Positions 38,008-47,065 of a DNA stretch of 64,000 nt are shown here, piece after piece. Source of the DNA: Patescibacteria group bacterium (GTDB taxonomy: Bacteria; Patescibacteriota; Microgenomatia; UBA8517); assembly GCA_041742135.1 (NCBI GenBank), contig JBGSJG010000005.1:5878-69877 (forward strand). Direction: 5' to 3'. The notes under the pieces are model-generated. The model saw nothing but the letters and a program-made list of their open reading frames with translations. It made no database searches and was not told the DNA's origin. Within the stretch, counting starts at the first letter, position 1. Every line of letters starts with the position of its first letter. The translations under genes were made by a program, and so were the position numbers.

Positions 38008-40074
38008 CTATTGCCCCGGGTAGTAGGTGTTACTCACAAACATTAATATTCTTTCTTTTTGAGAATCTGGTGCCCAAGCTTGAAGCGCTTTGCCAATAAC
38101 TGGACCAGCGGCCGTCGCTTTCATGGCTTTCCCGGGTTCGTTTGATGAGGTTAGGTAATCTCCCGGAGCAATGCTTTGCGAGTAACTGGCTATACTCACA
38201 TATACTCGGCCTGACAGAGCTATTGGCAAAGGGTTGTCTTGGTCGTTAATGTTGTAGCCAATTGAATTAAAATCTCCCGCCTTTGATTTGTCAGATATCA
38301 CGCCCAAAACGTTGCTTTGGTATTCGCTGCTAGTTTTAACTAATTGCTGAATCTCATCTCCATCTTTTGTAATTAGGGTGGATGAACCGATTGCAACCAC
38401 TGTTCCTGTTTCTGTGTTTTCTTCTACGGGGTAAATTTCCATGTAATCAGCTGCTGGGGTTCCCGTGCAATCCACGATTTCTACATCGTCGACACTTGCG
38501 CCCGTTGCTCCGGCATGGCTTCCACAAAGCGCTGTAGATGTTTGAGTCCCAGCCAAATTTACCTGAACTCGTCCTTCCACATCAAGCTTCATGTTGGTAT
38601 CTGGAACACTTGCTCCTATTGCCACATCTCCAGTATTTGTGATTGTAAAAAGGGGATTACTGCCCGCTCCACCCGTACCAAGCCATAAAAGATAATTTTG
38701 CCCTGAAGGAAGAGTTGTCTCGGTTACATCTACATTTATTGCCCTGTAACCAGCTGAAGCTCCAGATGCAGAGACATCAATTGTCGGAGTAATATCAAAC
38801 CATTTCACAAGGCCATTCCAAGAGCCTCCACTTCCGCTCCAGGTGCCATCAATTTCAAGAACAGATCGTGTGCTCGACCAATTTGACATAGAGCCCGAAA
38901 CAATTACACTCGATCGCGAATTTCCGCTACTACCGGTTGATCCCGATAGAATTAAGGATCTTAAAGTCCCCGCGGTAATGCTCAAATCTGAATCAGTAGT
39001 TCCACTTTGGATACTAGCCGATGTGGCACCTGAGGCGCCTAGTCTAAAGCTGTTTATATAGAACTCGTTGGTGTCGTAAGCTCCGGCAACGCCATAGAGT
39101 ACATCTGTGGTTGACCTGATAGCGTAACTGTCTGTGGCTATAACCCCCTCGACGTCCAATAGCGCATCGGGAGTTGTGGAATCAACACCAACCCTGCGAG
39201 AAGAGCTGTCGAAATATAGCAGATCGTTATCGATACTAAAGTTGTTACTGTTTAAATTTATTTGCAGCTCACCACCGGAAAACAGCGCAGAGGTGTCATT
39301 TGATGTACCAAAGGTTAATGCTGAGCCATCCGCTAGGTATAGGCTTGATAATTTATTGTCTCCATCTGCCACTGAGTTCCCCAGCGTATTTAATTCGTTT
39401 GTTAAATAAACATAATCATCGTCTGTATTCTCTGTCCAGTAAGAAGAAGTATTGGCAAAAGTCGTTACACAGTCAGACTCGCTACTGCCAATGCAGTATT
39501 TGGTAGCCCCGATGCGGTTGGGTGTAAACAAATTCCCGTTACCGTCAACTCTTAGCTTTTCACTTCCGCCCACGGCTAAGCCAAACAATGTGTAGTCTGA
39601 AGATGATATTGAGGACGGATTAATGTATACAGGGCCGCTACTAACTGATGACCCACCCGGAGAAGCTGTAAATGTTAGCGCTCCCGAGGCACTGTCAGAC
39701 GCGTCTGATCTTACGAATGAGCCTGCGTCAATGCTATCCAAGAGATCAGCATTTATTGCAGTGCCGGTCTGAATAAAATCAGTTGAGTCCAGATCATCCA
39801 GAGTATCTGCGTTTAAGGCTATACCTGAAGTTGACAAACTTGTGTATCCACTATTGCCTGAGACGTCCTCTTCGCTAACTTCAATTTCTGTTGGGCTGAT
39901 TTCTATCGGAGTATAGTCCGTAATTTGCTGTGAATCTGACGGAAATTCTGGGCTACCTTTGACCTTCTCAGTAATAAGTGGTCCTTCTACTATATAAAAG
40001 CCAATAGCCGCAGCAATTATAAAATTAATAAAAATTAACAATCCGTATTTAAGAAAAATGCGCATAATTAGCAC
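38008..40074 (-). CDS. large N-terminally anchored Ser/Thr/Gly/Asp-rich fibre-like surface protein (688 aa)
   Basis: One N-terminal TM/signal anchor. Long low-complexity beta-rich region with recurring LDVEG(V/R) motifs; C-terminal globular part ending YYPGQ. Confidence 0.5.
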   Translation of the reverse strand: MLIMRIFLKYGLLIFINFIIAAAIGFYIVEGPLITEKVKGSPEFPSDSQQITDYTPIEISPTEIEVSEEDVSGNSGYTSLSTSGIALNADTLDDLDSTDFIQTGTAINADLLDSIDAGSFVRSDASDSASGALTFTASPGGSSVSSGPVYINPSSISSSDYTLFGLAVGGSEKLRVDGNGNLFTPNRIGATKYCIGSSESDCVTTFANTSSYWTENTDDDYVYLTNELNTLGNSVADGDNKLSSLYLADGSALTFGTSNDTSALFSGGELQINLNSNNFSIDNDLLYFDSSSRRVGVDSTTPDALLDVEGVIATDSYAIRSTTDVLYGVAGAYDTNEFYINSFRLGASGATSASIQSGTTDSDLSITAGTLRSLILSGSTGSSGNSRSSVIVSGSMSNWSSTRSVLEIDGTWSGSGGSWNGLVKWFDITPTIDVSASGASAGYRAINVDVTETTLPSGQNYLLWLGTGGAGSNPLFTITNTGDVAIGASVPDTNMKLDVEGRVQVNLAGTQTSTALCGSHAGATGASVDDVEIVDCTGTPAADYMEIYPVEENTETGTVVAIGSSTLITKDGDEIQQLVKTSSEYQSNVLGVISDKSKAGDFNSIGYNINDQDNPLPIALSGRVYVSIASYSQSIAPGDYLTSSNEPGKAMKATAAGPVIGKALQAWAPDSQKERILMFVSNTYYPGQ

Positions 40075-40136
40075 TTACAGTATCAACGAAACTTTCCTTA
40101 CATTCAAGCTAGAATACATGATAATGTGAATGTGTA

Positions 40137-42176
40137 ATGGTCAAAAAGTTCGCCATAATTTTATTTCTCTTTTTATTATTTCCTTCGAGTGCAAATGCGG
40201 CTGAATGGTTTGCTTCGCCTTCTGGAACATCTGGTGGAAGTGGGTCTATTAGTGATCCGTGGGATTTGACCACGGCGTTAACAAAAGCTCTGTCAAACAT
40301 TGCTGCCGGAGATACGCTTTGGTTGAGATCTGGTACCTACGGAACTGGAGGCGGCACAATATTTGTTACAGATCTGGATGGAGCTGATGGTAATCCGATT
40401 TTAATTCGAAACTACAACAAAGAGCGAGCGATAATCGATGGAGGAATACATGCTACAACAAGTAGTTCTTGGATAACTTTTTGGGGTTTGGAAGTGACCA
40501 ACAGCTACTCTGAAAGAGTTGCATCAACAAGCGAGAGAGTTTACGGCATAGAGATGAGGGGCTTGGGTATAAAAATAATAAATTGCATACTTCACAACAC
40601 AGGGCATCCTGGAATTGGTTTTTGGGATCAGGTTGGCGATGGTGGTGAAATATATGGGACTTTAATTTGGGGCACTGGACTATATGATACTGATTATGAC
40701 CCCGATTTAACCAGAGGCTCGGGAATATATGCACAAAACCAAAACGGAAATCGATACATCCATGATGTCATAACTTTTCGCAATTTCACGACAGGATTTA
40801 AAGCGTATTCCGAAGGAGCTTATGTAAACGGATTCGATATACAAGGAAATATAAGCTTCGACAACAATGAGGCCAATATCTTTACAAGTTCAGCCAGTAA
40901 TCCAATGCAAGGGCAGGTTGTATCAAACAACTACACCTACCAGCGGAGAGATTATGGTGGGGGATCTATCGAACTAGGTTATGCGGGAGATCATTCCGAT
41001 TTGTTAGTTCAAAACAACTATATTGTTGCGGGCTCAACAAGTAATGGTGTCTTAAGATTACATAGGTGGAGGGAGGCGACTGTCGACAGCAATACTATTG
41101 TCGGTCAAGAAGTATTGGGAGCTCGGACGTTACCAAATAGCGGTTTTGTAAGCACGTCTTGGGACGATAATGATTATTATTCTCTAAACAACGAAACATT
41201 TTTAAACGCTACCTCGGAAGTGGATTTTGCGACATGGAAATCAGTGACAGGCTATGACGCTACCAGTACTCTTACTGATTCCAAGCCTACAGGGACTCGC
41301 ATCTTTGTTAGGCCAAATAGCTATGAAGAAGGAAGGGGCCATGTTGCAGTTTATAATTGGGACTTAAGAACAAACACCTCAGTCGATTTAAGTTCAGTTT
41401 TAGAGCTTGGACAGGAATACGAGATTGTTGATGCTCAGAATTATTTTGGAGATCCAGTAGCTCAAGGAGTATATGATGGCAGCTCGATCGTGTTGCCGCT
41501 TGTTTTGACTGAAGTATCTGAAATAACGGGAACCATTGTGCACGATGTGCCATCCGGCCATACACCATCAGAGTTCAATGCATTTGTTGTGATAGGCGGA
41601 GATATTGGCACATTGCCTACTGCGACGCCAACACCAACTGCTTCGCCATCTACGGGCAGTGCCTCTACTTCGAGTGATTCGGGCACTGCGGTGACTACGG
41701 TTGTTCCAGTTTCATCTAGTGCAATTACCACAAGCCAAACGTTTAGCTCAACAGGCGTTAGCGACACAGATGGTGAGCTAAATATAAACAACGGACTTAC
41801 GTTTAAAGGCAAGTCAGCCGTTGGCAGTTTTGTGACAATAAATTTGCACAAGGATGACGAGATGATGTTTGCCGAAACTGTCCGGCCGAATGCTCAGGGT
41901 TCATGGCTCTGGGAAACCGACAGTTTACTCGAAGAAGGAACTTATATTATTAGTTTTGACACTCGAATTAAAGGTGAAAGTATCAACGTTGTAAAAATTA
42001 ATTTTTCAGTGGACGAAGAAGGTGTGATTACAATCAGCCAATCTTCTCAGGAGATATTTCAATACAGCTTAGGAAATCGCCCGACTGAATTATCGATTAT
42101 CCAAAAATTTTTGAACTTTGCAAAAGACGTTTTGGTGTTTCCTATTATTTATATAGCCAAGAAGGTATCGCTTTAG
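40137..42176 (+). CDS. secreted right-handed parallel beta-helix (pectate-lyase fold) protein with a PT/ST linker and a C-terminal beta domain
   Basis: Signal peptide (LFLLFPSSANA). SISDPWDLTTALTKALSNIAAGDTLWLRSGTY, typical of pectin-lyase-fold proteins, with N/G-rich beta-helix rungs. Linker PTATPTPTASPSTGSASTSS. Confidence 0.6.
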   Translation: MVKKFAIILFLFLLFPSSANAAEWFASPSGTSGGSGSISDPWDLTTALTKALSNIAAGDTLWLRSGTYGTGGGTIFVTDLDGADGNPILIRNYNKERAIIDGGIHATTSSSWITFWGLEVTNSYSERVASTSERVYGIEMRGLGIKIINCILHNTGHPGIGFWDQVGDGGEIYGTLIWGTGLYDTDYDPDLTRGSGIYAQNQNGNRYIHDVITFRNFTTGFKAYSEGAYVNGFDIQGNISFDNNEANIFTSSASNPMQGQVVSNNYTYQRRDYGGGSIELGYAGDHSDLLVQNNYIVAGSTSNGVLRLHRWREATVDSNTIVGQEVLGARTLPNSGFVSTSWDDNDYYSLNNETFLNATSEVDFATWKSVTGYDATSTLTDSKPTGTRIFVRPNSYEEGRGHVAVYNWDLRTNTSVDLSSVLELGQEYEIVDAQNYFGDPVAQGVYDGSSIVLPLVLTEVSEITGTIVHDVPSGHTPSEFNAFVVIGGDIGTLPTATPTPTASPSTGSASTSSDSGTAVTTVVPVSSSAITTSQTFSSTGVSDTDGELNINNGLTFKGKSAVGSFVTINLHKDDEMMFAETVRPNAQGSWLWETDSLLEEGTYIISFDTRIKGESINVVKINFSVDEEGVITISQSSQEIFQYSLGNRPTELSIIQKFLNFAKDVLVFPIIYIAKKVSL

Positions 42177-42218
42177 GTTTTTTCTCACCAATGCTCACTT
42201 CTTGTGCTAATCTGAATT

Positions 42219-43445
42219 ATGCTTTTGTTTAGAAAGTTATCGAGAGTTGGGTTTGCCGATAATGGCTTAAAAATGGTCTCTCTCATGCTTCTTTTTGTTT
42301 TTCTTTTTGACGGCATCGTCACATATACAATTCCAATTCTCTTAACCCAACACGGACTTAGTCTTACGCAAATGGGCTTGGTGTATTCGTTCTCTTCTAT
42401 CGCCGGAGCGATCTTTGATTTTGTGTTAAGCAGGTATTTGACCAAAGTAAATTTCAGACGACTTTTTATGGGAATGTTTGTTGTCTGCGTACTTTATGTG
42501 GCTACTTTGTATGGTGCTAGTACGGTCTTGGTCTATTTGATTGCCATGGGTCTTTGGGGTATATATTTTGATTTTCTTGGTTTTGGGATTTTCGATTTTA
42601 TAGGTCGCTACACCGCGAAAACACAGCATGCACAAAGTTTTGGAACCGTCGAGATTTTTAAGTCCATTGGCCTACTTTTATCCCCCATAATTGCTGGCAT
42701 ACTTGTAATTGAAGTAGTTGACTACAAACCTTTCGTGATGGCTTTAGTTTTTTTGTCTATAGCATTTCTCCTTTTTATTGTCTTTGCCCAAAAAGCCAAA
42801 GATGTGGTGAAATATAGCTACCCTGCAACACACAAGAAGGGATTTATTCATGAAATATTTCTATGGGTAAAGCTAGGAAAGGTAATTTTGCCGGTAGTGA
42901 TATTTGCGATTTTCTTAAGCTTTTTTGATGCCTTTTTTTGGACTCTTGGGCCACTAATATCTGAAGGCTTTAAAACAGTTGGCCCCTTTGGTGGGTTATT
43001 TTTAACTGCATATTTACTGCCAAGTATGTTCATGGGGCTTTTTGTCGGAAACTTTACCCATAGATTTGGGAAAAAGCACTCATCGTTCGTGGCCATGCTC
43101 ATCGGGTCAGTAGTACTTTGCTTCTTGGGATTTGTGCAAAGCGAGCTTCTAGCTGTGGCCATAGTGTTTATCGTCTCTACTCTCACCGCTATCGCGTGGC
43201 CTGCAATTCGCGCAGCCTTCGCAGATTATGTTTCCGAGTCCCCGGGGCTCGAGCCAGAAGTTGACGGCTTGGGAGATTTATCATCTAACATAGGATATGT
43301 TCTTGGCCCAGCAGTAGCAGGATTTATCGCAGAGCGGATTGGAACTCTACAGTCATTTTCTTTTTTGGGAGTCTCAGGTTTAGTGCTTTCACTAATTCTT
43401 TTAAAGACCACACCGAAGCACATTAGGGTTCCCAAGAGTCTTTAA
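42219..43445 (+). CDS. MFS transporter
   Basis: 12 predicted TM helices in a 6+6 arrangement. Confidence 0.7.
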   Translation: MLLFRKLSRVGFADNGLKMVSLMLLFVFLFDGIVTYTIPILLTQHGLSLTQMGLVYSFSSIAGAIFDFVLSRYLTKVNFRRLFMGMFVVCVLYVATLYGASTVLVYLIAMGLWGIYFDFLGFGIFDFIGRYTAKTQHAQSFGTVEIFKSIGLLLSPIIAGILVIEVVDYKPFVMALVFLSIAFLLFIVFAQKAKDVVKYSYPATHKKGFIHEIFLWVKLGKVILPVVIFAIFLSFFDAFFWTLGPLISEGFKTVGPFGGLFLTAYLLPSMFMGLFVGNFTHRFGKKHSSFVAMLIGSVVLCFLGFVQSELLAVAIVFIVSTLTAIAWPAIRAAFADYVSESPGLEPEVDGLGDLSSNIGYVLGPAVAGFIAERIGTLQSFSFLGVSGLVLSLILLKTTPKHIRVPKSL

Positions 43446-43453
43446 AAAGACTG

Positions 43454-43482
43454 TTGCATTTTGCAACTTAGTTGCATATAAT
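43454..43482 (+). promoter_or_regulatory. promoter TTGCAT-17-TATAAT with an overlapping palindrome TTGCAttttGCAA; transcript predicted leaderless (ATG at 43489)
   Basis: -10 at 43477-43482 ends 6 nt before the ATG. Inverted repeat at 43454-43467 overlaps the -35. Confidence 0.4.
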
Positions 43483-43488
43483 CTACGA

Positions 43489-44316
43489 ATGAACGAAGTT
43501 TTAAATTTATTCTTACTCGCATTTCTTGGTAGCATCATTGCGCTTTTTGGGGGAGTTGTGTTTTTGTATAGCAAACGACTTTCTGCGGTTTTGCAAAAAC
43601 ACTCAGTCCCTTTCGCAGCAGGAGTGTTAATTACAGTTTCTCTTGTCGCGCTTCTTCCTGAAGCGATCGATCACATTGGCGAGAACGCATTAATAGTTAT
43701 ACTTTTGTCTTTCTTTGGAGCTTACTTGTTTGAGCATTATTTGATAGATATTCATCACCATGATGACGATGATGACCACAGACACCACACTCATGCAAAG
43801 ACGGCTGTTCCTTTGGTCGTAATTGGCGACACAATTCACAATTTTATCGACGGAGTAGCAATTGCTGCTAGTTTCTTTGTAAGCCCGGGATTAGGCTTAA
43901 TAGCCGCACTTTCTACATTTTTGCACGAAATTCCTCACGAAATTGGGGACTTTGGAATTTTGCTTAAGGCAGGGTACAAAAAAACCAACGTACTTTTGAT
44001 CAATCTCTTCTCTGCATCTGCAACCATTGTTGGAGCTTTCGTTACTTATTTCTTTTTCGAAAATGAGTCATTTATCGGAATAATGCTTGCCGTTTCGTCT
44101 GGCATATTTTTGTATTTAGGCGCTATAGATTTTTTGCCTCACATCACCCAAGGCTATGAAAAAAGGTCTAAGTCCTTGATTCCATTGGTTTTAGGAATAG
44201 CGATCATGCTAGCATCAGTTTTCTTAATTCCACACTCGCATGAAAATGGACACGATAACGAAGAAGAGCACCATGAGGATTTGCAGAATTTAGAGTCTCC
44301 AGATATAATTCATTAA
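43489..44316 (+). CDS. zupT: ZIP-family zinc/iron permease
   Basis: His-rich loop HHHDDDDDHRHHTH and the conserved HEIPHEIGDF in TM4-5. Confidence 0.85.
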   Translation: MNEVLNLFLLAFLGSIIALFGGVVFLYSKRLSAVLQKHSVPFAAGVLITVSLVALLPEAIDHIGENALIVILLSFFGAYLFEHYLIDIHHHDDDDDHRHHTHAKTAVPLVVIGDTIHNFIDGVAIAASFFVSPGLGLIAALSTFLHEIPHEIGDFGILLKAGYKKTNVLLINLFSASATIVGAFVTYFFFENESFIGIMLAVSSGIFLYLGAIDFLPHITQGYEKRSKSLIPLVLGIAIMLASVFLIPHSHENGHDNEEEHHEDLQNLESPDIIH

Positions 44317-44395
44317 ATAAAGTTAAGTAATTAAGATTACGTAAGGACTTGCTTCAGGCTTATTGTAATCAGATAGAATAATTAGGAACACTGAC

Positions 44396-46354
44396 GTGCA
44401 CGAAAGCATACTAATAGTTTTGATCGTTTTTTTCGGCATCTTTTTTGCCGTTATTTCTCTGCTTCATTTTTTTTCCAAAATAGTTTCGCTTCCCTACGTT
44501 GTCTCACTTTTAATTTTTGGACTGTTGGCACAATTTGCAACCAATCTTGTTGGTCTTCACCACGAAATTGCGCTGCCCCCTGACTTTATTTTTTATGTTA
44601 TCTTGCCGCTTCTTTTGTTTGATTCAGCGATACGAATTAATTTTCATCAATTCCAACTTCATTTTAGAACGATCACTTTTCTTACGACTTTTGGGCTTTT
44701 GGTTTCAGTGGCAATAGTTGGGGTTCTTGCGGCATGGATTTCTGATATTCCGTTAATTTATGGACTGCTTTTTGGTGCGATTATTTCTGCGACGGACCCA
44801 ATTGCGGTAGTGGCAATTTTCAAGTCTCTTCGTGCACCCAAGCGGCTTTCACTGATAGCTGAGGGGGAAAGCATGTTTAATGATGCTACTGCTGTTATTG
44901 CCTTTCGTGCACTTTTGGCAATTGCTGTCGGGGCAGTGGGTTTTGAGTCTTCAAGTCTTGCGATTACGTTGGGAAATTTCATTTATGTTTTTATAGGAAG
45001 TCTTGTTGTAGGAGCGTGTGCTGGCTATTTAAGTTCAAAAATCATTAAGAAGATAGACAATGATCACATTATCGAGACCACCATTACTGTGGCATTGGCG
45101 CTAAGCGTTTTTATTATTACAGAACATTTTCTTCATATGTCAGGAGTTATCGCAACCGTGATGGCAGGAATAATTTTGGGTAATTATGGTCGTACAGCCA
45201 TATCTCGCGGAGTTGTGGAGTTTATAGATAATTTGTGGGAATATATTGCTTTTTTGGGCATTTCACTTGTCTTTTTCTTTTCTACTTATTCATTGGATCT
45301 AAATTTCTTCTTGGGCCAGACTTATGTTCTAGCCGCCGTGGTGGTGGCCGCATTGATCGCACGGGCTTTGTCTGTTTATCTATCCTTTTTTATAACCAAC
45401 AGAGTTAAATTTTTTAGACGCGAACCAAATGTGCCAATGGCATGGCAGCATATACTAAATTGGGGAGGTTTAAGAGGGGTCATACCTTTGGTTTTGGTGT
45501 ATTCTTTGCCTTCGAATTTTATATACAAGAATGAATTCATAAGCTTCACCTTGGGGGCATTTTTATTTAGTTTGTTTGTTAATGGAACGACCATTAAAAC
45601 TTTATTAATGAAGTTGGGAATTCATATTCCAAAAAAGGAAGAGGAGATTATTCGTGAAGAGGAAGAATTATTCGAAACCGAGGAGACTAGAAGAAAACTG
45701 GGGAAAATTGCGAATAATGATTTTGTTGTTGATATTAAGAAAAATTTGGAAGCAAAGCTATTGGAGGAAGAAAGAAGGCACAAAGAAACACTTCTTAGGC
45801 TCAGTGGTTCAAAAGAGTTTTTGCGAAGCTTGAAATACCAAGCACTGCAAATAGAAAGAGATAAGTTGGATGAGTTGTTTGAGAAAGGATTCATTAACGA
45901 GTCAGTATATTTTGTTTTCGAGACACAACTAGACATACAGTTTGATAGTTTGGAGTTTCCAGAAGTTACTGGCGGCATCAAAAGAGGTGGGCTTTTGCCC
46001 TCAAGAAAGCGTTTTTCCGAGCGCATGGTTAGGCTTGAGAAACTGTCACGCGAGCATCCTCTTTTGGCTAGAATTTCAGAATCTCCAAAAGAGATTTTAA
46101 TAAAAGATAGGATTGCACTTCTTAAGACGCGGCTTGCTACATGCATCTCGGTTTTAGATTACACAAAAAGAACCAAGAAAGTGTTCGCCGGAAACGCCGA
46201 GGCACTTCGGGCAATTTCTATTGTGGAAAACGAATACAAGTTTTATGTTAAATCAAACAAAAAGCAGATGAAAGACCTCTCGGTTTCTTTTCGCGATATT
46301 GCCAAAGAATACGAAGAAGAATTTGTCCAAACACTTCTTAAAAGTAAATCCTAG
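44396..46354 (+). CDS. CPA1-family Na+(K+)/H+ antiporter with a long cytoplasmic C-terminal domain
   Basis: About 11-12 TM helices with an NhaP-like core (ATDPIAVVAIF, ESMFNDATAV), then about 250 aa of charged coiled-coil tail. GTG start. Confidence 0.8.
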   Translation: MHESILIVLIVFFGIFFAVISLLHFFSKIVSLPYVVSLLIFGLLAQFATNLVGLHHEIALPPDFIFYVILPLLLFDSAIRINFHQFQLHFRTITFLTTFGLLVSVAIVGVLAAWISDIPLIYGLLFGAIISATDPIAVVAIFKSLRAPKRLSLIAEGESMFNDATAVIAFRALLAIAVGAVGFESSSLAITLGNFIYVFIGSLVVGACAGYLSSKIIKKIDNDHIIETTITVALALSVFIITEHFLHMSGVIATVMAGIILGNYGRTAISRGVVEFIDNLWEYIAFLGISLVFFFSTYSLDLNFFLGQTYVLAAVVVAALIARALSVYLSFFITNRVKFFRREPNVPMAWQHILNWGGLRGVIPLVLVYSLPSNFIYKNEFISFTLGAFLFSLFVNGTTIKTLLMKLGIHIPKKEEEIIREEEELFETEETRRKLGKIANNDFVVDIKKNLEAKLLEEERRHKETLLRLSGSKEFLRSLKYQALQIERDKLDELFEKGFINESVYFVFETQLDIQFDSLEFPEVTGGIKRGGLLPSRKRFSERMVRLEKLSREHPLLARISESPKEILIKDRIALLKTRLATCISVLDYTKRTKKVFAGNAEALRAISIVENEYKFYVKSNKKQMKDLSVSFRDIAKEYEEEFVQTLLKSKS

Positions 46355-46369
46355 TGCAATAATTGCATA

Positions 46370-47065
46370 ATGCTAGTTATTTTTGCCAATCTTTGGATTT
46401 GGCGCGCGTTTGTCAGTAATTTCCCTGTTTTCGTAGCACTTGTCATGGCTTCTGTAGTTTTAATTAAAGCCTTTGACAATAAAAAATATATTAAATTCGT
46501 TTTGATAACCTTTGGAGCTTTACTTCTTTGGCAAGCCATTGGCACCCAAAGGCAAGACTTGCAAAAACTTGATAATGACCAAATTCGTGTTCAAGACACT
46601 AGGCTTAATGAATATCCACCAATAAATTTTCCACTGGCTTATTGGCTTGAAGCAAGGCCAGAAACAGTTGCATTTTCTCGGGTGCGTGATAATTTTTTTG
46701 AACAACTAGATTTAAATTTATATTTTTTTGCTGCTCACCCACGGGAGCGAGTCGGAGTTGATGAATTTGAAAAGTTTCCTTACATCTTGTTGCCGTTTTT
46801 TGGTGTGGGGATTTTCGTTGCATGGCAAAAGTATAAATTTTTATTAGTCGCGCTTCTAACAAGCATTATTGCCGCATCTTTAATTGGCATTAATAATCAT
46901 CTTGGGAATTTTTCAATCTTTCCCCCTTTGGTGGGGCTTGTTTATCTGGGGCTCAAGAAAACTTACGATTGGGTGCCAATAAAATTTAGAAAATTATCAA
47001 TCATAATATTTGCAATAAGTTTTGTTTTGGCATTTATGCAAATTTATTTATATGAAACTGCGTAA
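46370..47065 (+). CDS. hypothetical polytopic membrane protein
   Basis: 231 aa, 5-6 TM helices, immediately upstream of and overlapping the GT-C gene. Confidence 0.4.
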   Translation: MLVIFANLWIWRAFVSNFPVFVALVMASVVLIKAFDNKKYIKFVLITFGALLLWQAIGTQRQDLQKLDNDQIRVQDTRLNEYPPINFPLAYWLEARPETVAFSRVRDNFFEQLDLNLYFFAAHPRERVGVDEFEKFPYILLPFFGVGIFVAWQKYKFLLVALLTSIIAASLIGINNHLGNFSIFPPLVGLVYLGLKKTYDWVPIKFRKLSIIIFAISFVLAFMQIYLYETA

